From the IMG/VR virus record IMGVR_UViG_3300047550_003005, positions 1 through 54,387 of that record: a DNA stretch of 54,387 bases; one strand, written 5' to 3'. Below, one piece after another: positions 1 to 8,453 of the stretch. Origin of the DNA: a virus. Its lineage: Duplodnaviria > Caudoviricetes. The position numbers and the translations under genes were made by a program. The notes under the pieces are model-generated. The model was not told the DNA's origin and made no database searches. It saw nothing but the letters and a program-made list of their open reading frames with translations. The number at the start of each line of letters is the position of its first letter. Position 1 is the stretch's first letter.

Positions 1-29
1 GCAGAAAGCCTGCCCCGGAAAACACCAGT
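1..29 (+). repeat. Terminal direct repeat / circular overlap (copy 1)
   Basis: GCAGAAAGCCTGCCCCGGAAAACACCAGT at 1-29 is identical to 54347-54375; sequences diverge right after (AGAGGG vs GAGGGG). Confidence 0.85.
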
Positions 30-258
30 AGAGGGTAACTGAAGTTTGAAGAGAAAATTCCTAAAAAAAAAAAAATAAACAGCAGGTATAGGGGGTAGCA
101 GGTGAAGAGGATTTGGATTGAGATGGAAGATCGGATTGAAGGCCCTGGGGCGGATAAGCCGCGCACCAGTAGGCGCGCCACCCGCTTCGCGGGGGGGCCT
201 GACGGCCCCGCTGGCGCTGCCTACAGGCGCTGCGGAAAGCCCTGGGGGGAGATGAATA

Positions 259-711
259 ATGGCTAAGACCGGAAGCCGCCCAGGAGGCAGCAAAGGCGCA
301 GGAAATCGGTATCAGAAGAAACCGCCGGGCCTGGGCCATCTGGCTCAGGTGAAGGTAACGCCCCGGCAGGTGGCCGCGTGGCGTAGAGCATGGGAGATCG
401 GTATTGAGATGACATACGTTGGCTGGGCAGACCCGCTGCCCATGCCGCCAGTAGAGGCGTGTAAGCCTTGCCTGGGCGGCGTCAGGTTTTGGACCGAGGC
501 AGAGATGCCTCACCACGGCTGGAGGTGCTGCAACTGCCACCCAGCACCAGACAACATCAGAATTCGGCACTGGACCATCGATGACCCTGTGGATGCCGCA
601 GAGCGCGATGCCATTGCCGATGAAGCCCCTGAACGTCACCAGCCATCCAGGGGGGAAGGGGTATGGCTGGATGAACCCGAAACTGAACAGAAAGAGGATG
701 ATTGGACATGA
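259..711 (+). CDS. Hypothetical protein with putative Zn ribbon
   Basis: CKPC-x4-FW...WRCCNCHP motif; stop overlaps next ATG (ATGA 708-711); start uncertain. Confidence 0.6.
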   Translation: MAKTGSRPGGSKGAGNRYQKKPPGLGHLAQVKVTPRQVAAWRRAWEIGIEMTYVGWADPLPMPPVEACKPCLGGVRFWTEAEMPHHGWRCCNCHPAPDNIRIRHWTIDDPVDAAERDAIADEAPERHQPSRGEGVWLDEPETEQKEDDWT

Positions 712-995
712 GTAAGATTGGACACAACGTGGCCGCTGAACGCCTGATGAGCATCGTTGAGCGGATCGAAAAGCTGGAGGATGAACGCAAAAACCTCCAG
801 GCCGATATCAAGGACATCTACACGGAAGCCAAATCGGCTGGCTTCGATACCAAGGTGCTGCGCATGCTGATTGCCAGCCGGAAGAAGGATCAGGCCGAGT
901 GGGAAGAGCAGCAGGCCCTGCTCGAAACCTACATGCGGGCGCTGGGGCAGCTTGCCGACACCCCGCTGGGCCAAGCCGCCCTGGAGGCGCGCTGA
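708..995 (+). CDS. gapR: GapR-like (DUF2312) DNA-binding protein
   Basis: AERLMSIVERIEKLEDERKNLQADIKDIYTEAKSAGFDTKVLRMLIASRK...LLETYMRALG matches the GapR/DUF2312 pattern; GAGGA RBS upstream of ATG 708. Confidence 0.9.
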   Translation: MSKIGHNVAAERLMSIVERIEKLEDERKNLQADIKDIYTEAKSAGFDTKVLRMLIASRKKDQAEWEEQQALLETYMRALGQLADTPLGQAALEAR

Positions 996-1273
996 TGGCC
1001 CAGAGAGGCGCACAGAAGGCCAGCGTGGGGCTTCCCCCACGCGGCCCCATGATCACTACCCAGATCGAAGCTATCAGCGTTGAGCAGGTCGGCACAGAAT
1101 GGATCATCGTGGCCACCAGGAAGGCTGGCACAGGCGATTGGAAGCCCACCATGCCATACGAGGAATGGCGGGTCTTCCGCGCCATGGTGGATGATGGCGC
1201 TGCCACCACCACGCAGCGCCGCGATCCCACACAGACGGTGCTGCTGGCACGGTTGAAGGAGGAAGCAGCATGA
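995..1273 (+). CDS. Hypothetical protein
   Basis: TGATG overlap with gapR stop, ATGA overlap with next gene. Confidence 0.7.
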   Translation: MAQRGAQKASVGLPPRGPMITTQIEAISVEQVGTEWIIVATRKAGTGDWKPTMPYEEWRVFRAMVDDGAATTTQRRDPTQTVLLARLKEEAA

Positions 1274-1680
1274 CACAAACCACCGTTGGTGCCTTGAAAA
1301 GGCCCATCCAAATAAACATCAAAACAATTTTTGATTTGTCCCCAGGGGCAGAGGCTAACCTTTTAATATTAAAAGGGAAAACGCTTCTGAAAAAATCAAA
1401 AATACCGCCCTTGGGATTTGGAAGGCCGATTAAGACGGATAAATTCATCATACAGCTCGGTGAGTTAGACAGCGAGAAATGGGGAGTAATCGCGGTAAAA
1501 TCACTTGTAGAAAATAGGTGGCGGGTGCGAACTACAAGGCCATTTGAGTGGCATTTTTGGATCAGCCGCTGTGAACAGGCCGAATTTGAAAGTCTGCGCT
1601 GGAACAACAAAGCGATCACAGTGCAGCGAGTGATGTTCGACCGCGCGTACTTGTTAGCCAAATTGAGGAAAGAAACATGA
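1270..1680 (+). CDS. Hypothetical protein (AT-rich)
   Basis: ATGA overlaps at both ends, GGAGG RBS. Confidence 0.7.
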   Translation: MTQTTVGALKRPIQINIKTIFDLSPGAEANLLILKGKTLLKKSKIPPLGFGRPIKTDKFIIQLGELDSEKWGVIAVKSLVENRWRVRTTRPFEWHFWISRCEQAEFESLRWNNKAITVQRVMFDRAYLLAKLRKET

Positions 1681-2138
1681 TCATCGGGATCGACCCAGGT
1701 TTGAACGGGGCCATCGCCTTCATGTCTGATGAGGGGTATCTGATTGGTGTCGCCGATATGCCAACCGTTGAGGTAAACGGGAAAAAGAAGGTCAGCCCGC
1801 AGATGCTGGTAAGCCTGTTGGAAGATTATGATGATGTGAAAATGGTGGTGATTGAAGAGGTCGGGGCCATGCCCGGCCAAGGCGTTACCAGCATGTTCAA
1901 TTTTGGATATTCGGCAGGCATCCTGGCCGGGGTCTGCGCTGGCCTTCGCATGCCAATGGCCTTCTATCGACCAGCAGTGTGGAAAAGGCAGGCAGGCGTT
2001 CCTGCCGACAAGGGGGCAGCCCGGCAGATGGCGCAACGCCTCTGGCCCGGCTCCAGGGATTTCGACCGCGTGAAGGATGATGGTAGGGCTGAAGCAGCGC
2101 TGCTGGCCCGGTGGGTAGCATTGAAGGAGAAGGCATGA
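1677..2138 (+). CDS. RuvC-like Holliday junction resolvase
   Basis: IIGIDPGLNGAIA (catalytic D), VVIEEV, P-x-x-WK, DDGRAEAALLA motifs. Confidence 0.9.
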   Translation: MIIGIDPGLNGAIAFMSDEGYLIGVADMPTVEVNGKKKVSPQMLVSLLEDYDDVKMVVIEEVGAMPGQGVTSMFNFGYSAGILAGVCAGLRMPMAFYRPAVWKRQAGVPADKGAARQMAQRLWPGSRDFDRVKDDGRAEAALLARWVALKEKA

Positions 2139-2254
2139 TGAACAAACGCAAAGACTGGGGATCAGCCGTCCTGGCCCTCCTGCTGATCATGGGATGCAGC
2201 TTTTTCGGCACCCTGGCCGCAGGGGTCTTGCTTCTGCTGCTTTTCGCTGGATAA
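2135..2254 (+). CDS. Small membrane protein (39 aa)
   Basis: Hand translation MMNKRKDWGSAVLALLLIMGCSFFGTLAAGVLLLLLFAG; ATGA overlap and AGGAG RBS; below ORF-track cutoff. Confidence 0.6.
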   Translation: MMNKRKDWGSAVLALLLIMGCSFFGTLAAGVLLLLLFAG

Positions 2255-2457
2255 ATACCAGAACAGGGGTCATCCCGACCCCTGATTGATATGGAGATGA
2301 AGATGAATGTTGTTCAAAATCACAATGATCCTGTGGAACATAATGGCGCTGACCGCGACAATCGCGGGCCTGGGCTATTTCACGGCCAGCCTGATATGGA
2401 GCGGATATTGGCCCGCGCCATGAAGCTCTTTCTGCCCAACCAGAAGGAGGGCTGACC

Positions 2458-2694
2458 ATGGGTTTGCTGACCAAACACATTCCGCCAGCATACATCAATC
2501 GGCTGCTGAATAGCCCAAAGGCCCTGCGTTACAGCATCCCGCACCTGAAAGAGCGGGCCAAGCAAGACCTACAATGGGGCGATACCCTGGCCTACCAGAG
2601 AACCATGATCAGACTCACCATGGTGGAACAGGAAGTGGACCGATATGACTACATGCTCGAAAAATTGTTGGAGCAAGAACAAAAAAAGCAGTAG
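2458..2694 (+). CDS. Hypothetical protein
   Basis: AAGGAGG RBS upstream; coiled-coil-like C-terminus. Confidence 0.7.
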   Translation: MGLLTKHIPPAYINRLLNSPKALRYSIPHLKERAKQDLQWGDTLAYQRTMIRLTMVEQEVDRYDYMLEKLLEQEQKKQ

Positions 2695-2745
2695 GTTACC
2701 GCACCCTCCCGACTGTCCACGGAGAGGGCCTCCCAAAGACAACTA

Positions 2746-2790
2746 CCCCGGCGCTCCCTGCCATTCCCCAAAACAGCGCCGGGGGATTTT
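2746..2790 (+). terminator. Probable intrinsic terminator
   Basis: CCCCGGCGCT ... AGCGCCGGGG stem followed by GATTTT, just before next promoter. Confidence 0.5.
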
Positions 2791-2831
2791 CCCCGCAAAT
2801 ATAAAAAGTGGTTAAGTATCTAATTTAGGGG

Positions 2832-2882
2832 TTGTCGCAGTATGCGATAACATGCCATAAACATCTCACGGCAATGACGCCG
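2832..2882 (+). promoter_or_regulatory. Promoter module 1 (operator-like palindrome + leader hairpin)
   Basis: TTGTCGCAGTATGCGATAA near-palindrome, then CGGC-AATGAC-GCCG hairpin; related to 5491-5540 and 48999-49048. Confidence 0.65.
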
Positions 2883-2897
2883 ATGGAGATGACTCAG

Positions 2898-3176
2898 ATG
2901 CTTGATAACCTCACCCTCGCCGACCGCTTCCACACCCTGAACGAGCGCCTGAAGGAGCTTGAAGCCGAAGTGAAGTCCGTGCGCGACCAGATCGTTGCCA
3001 CCGGCCAGGAAAAGCTCTGCGGCGAATTCGCCAACGTGGTCGTCAGCCTCTCCGAGCGCAGCACCTTCGACGGCAAGCTGGCCCAGTCCTACCTGACCGC
3101 CGAGCAAATCGCCGCATGCACCAAAAAGAGCGTGATCACCACCGTGCGCGCCAAAGCCAAGACTGCGGAGGGCTGA
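2898..3176 (+). CDS. Hypothetical protein
   Basis: GGAG RBS before ATG 2898; strong C/G-ending codon bias. Confidence 0.75.
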   Translation: MLDNLTLADRFHTLNERLKELEAEVKSVRDQIVATGQEKLCGEFANVVVSLSERSTFDGKLAQSYLTAEQIAACTKKSVITTVRAKAKTAEG

Positions 3177-3179
3177 GAG

Positions 3180-3470
3180 ATGACCTGGAACGTCTATGAA
3201 GTGGCCGCCGATCACGAATTCCGCATCGGCGACAAAAATGTGGCCTACTTCCGTGTCCTGTCCACCGGCAGGCGCGGAGAAGACAAGGCCCGCGCCACCC
3301 TGGCCGCAGCAGCGCCAGAGCTTTTGGAAGCCCTAGAAATCCTCTGGACGCTGTGGGAAGCGCAGAAATTCACGGGCAATCCACCATCCCCCGAAGGGTG
3401 GAAATATATTTCAGAAAAATGCGAAAAAGCCGCAGCAATCATCGCCAAGGCAAAGGGAGAAACCCCATGA
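3180..3470 (+). CDS. Hypothetical phage protein (AAAPELLEAL type)
   Basis: LAAAAPELLEALE ... AAIIAKAKGE motif common in small phage proteins. Confidence 0.75.
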   Translation: MTWNVYEVAADHEFRIGDKNVAYFRVLSTGRRGEDKARATLAAAAPELLEALEILWTLWEAQKFTGNPPSPEGWKYISEKCEKAAAIIAKAKGETP

Positions 3471-3811
3471 ACAAGTCCAACAAAAAAGCGCGCCTTGGGT
3501 TCGCGGGTGATCCCCGCGTACCTTTCGCCTGGGCAGGCTGGAATGATGCCCGCGAAGGCAAGCCCATGGATTACTACCTCATAGACCGCGCACCCCACCC
3601 GGCATGCGCTGCTGCATACGAGACAGCCCGCTACCGTGTCATGGCGTTGCGCAAGGCCGGGCTGCCCATCCCAGCATGGAAAAGCATGAAGTCCGTACCG
3701 CCTATGATCCACAGCGCTTACACCTTGAGCAACAGCTTAAATAAAATGTCGCGGGATGAAGGCGCCGGATATTGGCCCATAGGCACTTCTGGCTGGAGGG
3801 AAGCAGCATGA
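3467..3811 (+). CDS. Hypothetical protein
   Basis: ATGA overlap, GGGAGA RBS. Confidence 0.7.
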   Translation: MNKSNKKARLGFAGDPRVPFAWAGWNDAREGKPMDYYLIDRAPHPACAAAYETARYRVMALRKAGLPIPAWKSMKSVPPMIHSAYTLSNSLNKMSRDEGAGYWPIGTSGWREAA

Positions 3812-4023
3812 AAGAGCCCCACCCCGCCGATGCCCTGACGGAAGCCCTGCTGGCCTACGCCAAGGCAAAAAATATGGGCCAGGATTATGTCGCAGGATAT
3901 CTCAACCATGTCCTGCGCCGGGTCGTGGATCGCCTCCCCGGCTATCACCGGAACATCGCCCTGGCCGATCTCAAAATGTCCCTACGCCTCACCGAAGATG
4001 CGTTAAAGGAAATTCAAAAATGA
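3808..4023 (+). CDS. Hypothetical protein
   Basis: ATGA overlap, GGAGG RBS. Confidence 0.7.
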   Translation: MKEPHPADALTEALLAYAKAKNMGQDYVAGYLNHVLRRVVDRLPGYHRNIALADLKMSLRLTEDALKEIQK

Positions 4024-4226
4024 TCACTACCCGGATCGACACCACCGCCAAAAACCTTGTCAGGCTGCTGGACGCCCTCGACCTGCACACCGAGGATTTC
4101 GCCCACATAGCGGGCGTACATCGCGCCACAGCATTCCGCTGGATCGGCGCGCAGAGCCCCGTACCCGTGTCAGTCATCCGCATGCTGGAGCTGATGCTGA
4201 AAGAGAAAAAGGAAAAAGCAGCATGA
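4020..4226 (+). CDS. Small helix-turn-helix DNA-binding protein
   Basis: TEDFAHIAGVHRATAFRWIGAQSPVP HTH pattern. Confidence 0.75.
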   Translation: MITTRIDTTAKNLVRLLDALDLHTEDFAHIAGVHRATAFRWIGAQSPVPVSVIRMLELMLKEKKEKAA

Positions 4227-4480
4227 GCGAAAATGAAAAATCTGCTGAAGAAATTTATCTGTTCGCAATAGCCGTCACTGAACTGGTGGCGCGCATAGCC
4301 GACAACAGAGGCTTCGACCCCGCCGAAACCACCCTGGTGATGGCACAGGCCCTGGCCATGACAATTGAGAAAAACGGTAAGACTGGATACCGAAAAAATA
4401 TCGCCACCGACATGGCTGCCGTGGTGGCAGCCTATCCACCCATCAGCGATGATCAACCTATGAGCGAGGCCATACACTAA
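4223..4480 (+). CDS. Hypothetical protein
   Basis: ATGA overlap in coupled operon. Confidence 0.65.
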   Translation: MSENEKSAEEIYLFAIAVTELVARIADNRGFDPAETTLVMAQALAMTIEKNGKTGYRKNIATDMAAVVAAYPPISDDQPMSEAIH

Positions 4481-4641
4481 TGACTACAGAACCAGAATGG
4501 GGCTATTGGCTGGATCAGCCGGGTGGCACATGGATCATGCTGCCCAAGCTGCCGCTGACCCGCGCAGGATACACGCAGCCACCCTTCACCGTCACCCGGC
4601 CTGACGGCAAGGTGCTGCATGTGGTGGAGCGCCAGCCGTGA
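4480..4641 (+). CDS. Small hypothetical protein (53 aa)
   Basis: Hand translation MTTEPEWGYWLDQPGGTWIMLPK...VVERQP; TAATG and GTGA overlaps exactly fill the gap. Confidence 0.65.
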   Translation: MTTEPEWGYWLDQPGGTWIMLPKLPLTRAGYTQPPFTVTRPDGKVLHVVERQP

Positions 4642-5357
4642 TCCCCAACATCGTTCATTTCATCTACCCGGTAAACAGCAAAACGCGCCCCTTCAGCAGC
4701 CTGAACATTCAGGCCGTGAAGCGGGCAGCCACAATCCAGAAGCCCGACACCATCCGCTTCTGGACCAACGCCAAGCCCGGCGACATCGCAGGATGGGGCG
4801 AGATCGCCAGCATGGTCGATCTGATCCCCACCATTATGCCCGAGCATGAATGGCCCCAATACCAGTCAGACACGCTGCGCCTGAACATCCTGTATGACCA
4901 GGGTGGCATCTACATGGACACCGACCTGCTGACGCTGCGCCCCATGCCGATGTTTGAAGACAGCCTGACCATCTCGTGGGAAAGCGAAAAGCGCGAATCA
5001 GTCTCAAACGCCCTGATGATCTCGGCCCCCAAAATGCCATTCATTGCAGAATGGATGCGCCGCCTTCCCCAGGCCCAAGGTTCATCCACCTGGGCCTATG
5101 GCGGTGTCGTGCTGCCCGCCGAAATGATGTTTGATCCCACCGTCGATATGGACCATGTGGTCAACATGCCCCCAGGCTTCTGCTGCCCCCTGGACCTCTC
5201 CAAGGCATGGCTGACCGAGCCTGAGCTGAAAGACCAAGCCCGGCAAAAGGTAGAAGACGCCGAGTCCTACGGCATCCACTGCTTTGAAACCTTCTGGCGC
5301 CACCGGCTGCCAGGATGGGAGCAGCGCGACTGCCTGCTGCGCGATCTGGCGATCTGA
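4638..5357 (+). CDS. DXD-motif glycosyltransferase (GT32 / Gly_transf_sug-like)
   Basis: IPNIVHFIY N-terminus, SDTLRLNILYDQGGIYMDTD, NALMIS, YGIHCF motifs. Confidence 0.85.
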   Translation: MIPNIVHFIYPVNSKTRPFSSLNIQAVKRAATIQKPDTIRFWTNAKPGDIAGWGEIASMVDLIPTIMPEHEWPQYQSDTLRLNILYDQGGIYMDTDLLTLRPMPMFEDSLTISWESEKRESVSNALMISAPKMPFIAEWMRRLPQAQGSSTWAYGGVVLPAEMMFDPTVDMDHVVNMPPGFCCPLDLSKAWLTEPELKDQARQKVEDAESYGIHCFETFWRHRLPGWEQRDCLLRDLAI

Positions 5358-5385
5358 ACCCTCAAAATAGACCCCCAAAAACAGC

Positions 5386-5422
5386 ATAGCGCACACATTT
5401 CAGGGGTTTTTGTGTGCGCTAT
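5386..5422 (+). terminator. Stem-loop, probable terminator
   Basis: ATAGCGCACACA ... TGTGTGCGCTAT 12-bp inverted repeat after glycosyltransferase. Confidence 0.55.
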
Positions 5423-5490
5423 ATTTCCCAATCAAATCAACCACATAAAAAATAGATGCACTTTTTTTGAAGATTTTTCCAAAATTGTAC

Positions 5491-5540
5491 TTGCGTTGTT
5501 TGTCGCATATCGCTACAAGATGTCTCAGGCAATGACGCCG
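5491..5540 (+). promoter_or_regulatory. Promoter module 2
   Basis: TTGCGT-17-TACAAG with TGTCGCATATCGCTACA in spacer, AT-rich upstream, GGC-AATGAC-GCC leader hairpin. Confidence 0.65.
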
Positions 5541-5560
5541 ATTGAGATGGAGATACGGAA

Positions 5561-5881
5561 ATGACCTTCAACTTCGCAAACCACATCGGCTACAGCGACA
5601 TCAACCCCTTCGAAATCGTGCGCCGCGTCAGCGACCGCACCATTGAAATCCGCGCCATGGACGCCGTGCGCTCCAATCCCAGCGCAGACATGGGCTTTAA
5701 GGCCGGTGGCTTCGTGGGCCACTTCAGCGACCAGGACAAGCAGGAATGGACCATCACCAGCAACCCAGAAGCCCGCGTGATCCGTATCCGCCTGCAAAAG
5801 GATGGCCGGTGGCGCTGCAAGCACGGTGAGCGTTACGTCCTGGCCGTGAAGCCCATCAAGTTTTACGATTACAACTTCTGA
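5561..5881 (+). CDS. Hypothetical protein (single-gene unit)
   Basis: GGAG RBS, own promoter and downstream hairpin. Confidence 0.8.
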   Translation: MTFNFANHIGYSDINPFEIVRRVSDRTIEIRAMDAVRSNPSADMGFKAGGFVGHFSDQDKQEWTITSNPEARVIRIRLQKDGRWRCKHGERYVLAVKPIKFYDYNF

Positions 5882-5891
5882 GCCTTCCCAA

Positions 5892-5921
5892 AGAACCTGC
5901 TGGAACCGCCCAGCAGGTTCT
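5892..5921 (+). terminator. Stem-loop terminator
   Basis: AGAACCTGCTGG-AACCGC-CCAGCAGGTTCT perfect 12-bp stem, AT-rich tail. Confidence 0.65.
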
Positions 5922-5943
5922 ACTATATTTGGGGCAGGAGGCC

Positions 5944-6228
5944 ATGAGCATGCCGCGCCCTCACAGGATTGATTATTTTACTATCGTTGATGTGTTCCGC
6001 GACTTAGACTTCGAGCCCGTCCCCGAAGACACCTGGGAAGCAGGAGCCATGATGCGCAACATCTACACCGAAGTGGTCGATGAACCGCCAGCCCTGGAGC
6101 TGCGCCCAAAGACAAACGCCCCAGGCACACACTGCTTCGCCGTTTACCCGCCAGGATGGCGCGAGAAAGCCGAGGAAGTAGTGCGCAAGGTAGCCTCTCA
6201 CCGCCTGCGCCAGATGAGGTTGATCTGA
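5944..6228 (+). CDS. Hypothetical protein
   Basis: AGGAGG RBS before ATG 5944; TGATG overlap with terS. Confidence 0.7.
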   Translation: MSMPRPHRIDYFTIVDVFRDLDFEPVPEDTWEAGAMMRNIYTEVVDEPPALELRPKTNAPGTHCFAVYPPGWREKAEEVVRKVASHRLRQMRLI

Positions 6229-6788
6229 TGCCACGCCCCAAGAAGATACAGCCTGAAGCCGAAGCCGCGCCCGTATCCAAATACCGGCGCAAAGGCGTTG
6301 ACGCTCTCGGCAACCCGATCAAGCCGCAGCCTGTTGGCAGGCCGACATTGTACACCCCAGAGATTGCCCAGGAGATCGTTGACCGCCTGTTGAGCGGCGA
6401 AAGCTTGGTGCGCATCGCCGAAGATGAGCGGATGCCAAGCCGCGTGACCATATACCGATGGTTCGATGAATACCCAGATTTTGGTACAAAGTGCGCGCGG
6501 GGTCGCGAGGGGCTTGCCGACTATCTCGTTGATGAGATTGAGAAATTAGCCCGCAGCGCGACCAAAGACAACATCGAAGTGGTCAAGCTCCAGATCAGCG
6601 TGGCCCAGTGGCGGGCCATGAAGATGGCGCCCAGGCAATACGGCGACCGCCGCACAACTGAGCTGACCGGCAAGGATGGCGGCCCGATCCAGACCGAAGC
6701 CAAGGTCGCTATTGATGCCTCCAAGCTTGATCCTGACGCCCGTGAGGCCCTGCGCGCGGCAGCCCTGGCGGTTTTGGATAAGGGCTGA
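6228..6788 (+). CDS. terS: Terminase small subunit (Sf6 gp1-like)
   Basis: GRPTLYTPEIAQEIVDRLLSGESLVRIAEDERMPSRVTIYRW HTH; ELTGKDGGPIQ; upstream of terL. Confidence 0.9.
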   Translation: MPRPKKIQPEAEAAPVSKYRRKGVDALGNPIKPQPVGRPTLYTPEIAQEIVDRLLSGESLVRIAEDERMPSRVTIYRWFDEYPDFGTKCARGREGLADYLVDEIEKLARSATKDNIEVVKLQISVAQWRAMKMAPRQYGDRRTTELTGKDGGPIQTEAKVAIDASKLDPDAREALRAAALAVLDKG

Positions 6789-6791
6789 TCA

Positions 6792-8399
6792 GTGTCCCTG
6801 ATCCGGTTGAATGGGGGCGTCATCGGCGCCCAGGACATCTTGAACGAGCTTGACCGGGTTGAGTGTGAAGAGAACCTGTACGACTTCCTGATGAGCGGGT
6901 GGCAGTACATCGACCCCTCGCCCTTCACTCCTGGCTGGGTGATCGAGGCCGTTGCAGAGCATCTCCAGGCCGTCTGTGACGGCGAGATTAGGCGCCTGCT
7001 GGTGAACATCCCACCGCGCTGCTCCAAGTCTTCCTTGACCTCTGTAGCCTTCCCTGCGTGGGTCTGGGCGCAGCGCCATCGCACCCCCACCAGTGGCCCT
7101 GGCGTTCAATTCCTGCATGCATCCTATGCCCAGAGCCTGAGCCTTCGCGACAGCGTGAAGTGCCGCCGCCTGATCGAGTCGCCTTGGTATCAGCGCCTCT
7201 GGGGCGACCGCTTCAGCCTGACCGGCGACCAGAACACCAAGACCCGGTTTGACAACAGCGTGGGTGGCTCGCGCCTTTCCACCTCTGTGGGATCAGCGCT
7301 GACCGGCGAAGGCGGGTCAATCATCGTGGTGGATGATCCCAACGCTGCCCAGGAAGCCTTCAGCGAGGCAACCATTGAAGCCACCATTGAATGGTGGGAC
7401 GGCGCCCTCAGCACCCGCCTCAATGACCCCAAAACTGGGGCCTTCATCGTGATCCAGCAGCGTCTGTCCGAGGAAGACCTGACCGGCCACATCCTCTCCA
7501 AGGATGCCGACAACTGGACGCACCTGTGCCTGCCCATGCGGTATGAGCCTGACCGCAGCTTCGTCACCAGCATTGGCTGGCAAGACCCGCGTGAGGAAGC
7601 CGGTGAGCTTTTGTGGCCTGAGCGCTTTGGCGAGCCTGAAGTGGCCACCCTTGAAAAGCAGATGGGTCCATGGACCGCAGCCGGGCAGCTTCAGCAGCGC
7701 CCTGAGCCCAAGGGCGGCGGGATCATCAAACGCGACTGGTGGCAGCTTTGGGCCGAGGATGCCTACCCGGCCATGGACTATATCGTGGCCTCATTGGACA
7801 CGGCCTACACCACCAAGACCGAAAACGATTTCAGCGCCATGACCGTCTGGGGCGTGTTCTCCGGCGATGTCGTGGCCCAGGCCGCCAAGACCGAGGATGG
7901 CGTTGAGCGCAGCTACAGCCAGCAGCACCCGCGCGTGATGCTGATGAATGCCTGGGCCGAGCGCCTGGAGCTGCATGATCTGGTTGAGAAGGTGGCCGCC
8001 ACCTGCCGCCGCATGCGCGTGGATAAGCTGATCATCGAAAATAAGGCTGCCGGGCATTCCGTGGCCCAGGAGCTGCGCCGCCTGTTTGGGCATGAGGACT
8101 GGGGCGTTCAGCTTCTGGACCCCAAGGGTCAGGACAAGCTGGCGCGGCTGTATTCGGTTCAGCACCTCTTTGCCGAAGGCATGGTCTATGCCCCTGACCG
8201 ATCCTGGGCCGATCAGGTGATCACCCAGGTCGGCACCTTCCCCAAGGGCAAGAACGATGACCTTGTGGATACGGTGAGCCAAGCCATCAGGCACATGCGT
8301 GACCTGGGCCTGCTGACCCGTGGCCCCGAATGGACCGCTGCTGTGCAGGAGAGTATGCAGCATCAGGGCGCAGGCCCTGGGCCTTTATATCCTGTCTAA
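6792..8399 (+). CDS. terL: Terminase large subunit
   Basis: NIPPRCSKS (Walker A-like), IIVVDDP (Walker B), SLDTA and FPKGKNDDLVD nuclease motifs. Confidence 0.95.
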   Translation: MSLIRLNGGVIGAQDILNELDRVECEENLYDFLMSGWQYIDPSPFTPGWVIEAVAEHLQAVCDGEIRRLLVNIPPRCSKSSLTSVAFPAWVWAQRHRTPTSGPGVQFLHASYAQSLSLRDSVKCRRLIESPWYQRLWGDRFSLTGDQNTKTRFDNSVGGSRLSTSVGSALTGEGGSIIVVDDPNAAQEAFSEATIEATIEWWDGALSTRLNDPKTGAFIVIQQRLSEEDLTGHILSKDADNWTHLCLPMRYEPDRSFVTSIGWQDPREEAGELLWPERFGEPEVATLEKQMGPWTAAGQLQQRPEPKGGGIIKRDWWQLWAEDAYPAMDYIVASLDTAYTTKTENDFSAMTVWGVFSGDVVAQAAKTEDGVERSYSQQHPRVMLMNAWAERLELHDLVEKVAATCRRMRVDKLIIENKAAGHSVAQELRRLFGHEDWGVQLLDPKGQDKLARLYSVQHLFAEGMVYAPDRSWADQVITQVGTFPKGKNDDLVDTVSQAIRHMRDLGLLTRGPEWTAAVQESMQHQGAGPGPLYPV

Positions 8400-8453
8400 T
8401 CTGTTGCGACTGCGTGGCCACATGTGCAATATGGCCCGCGAGAGGGAGTGACC

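Noticed and set aside
61-639. 192-aa minus-strand ORF and A-run at 63-74
   Set aside because: Ends in poly-Phe derived from a homopolymer near the contig end; probably low-quality sequence, and it overlaps a better + strand ORF
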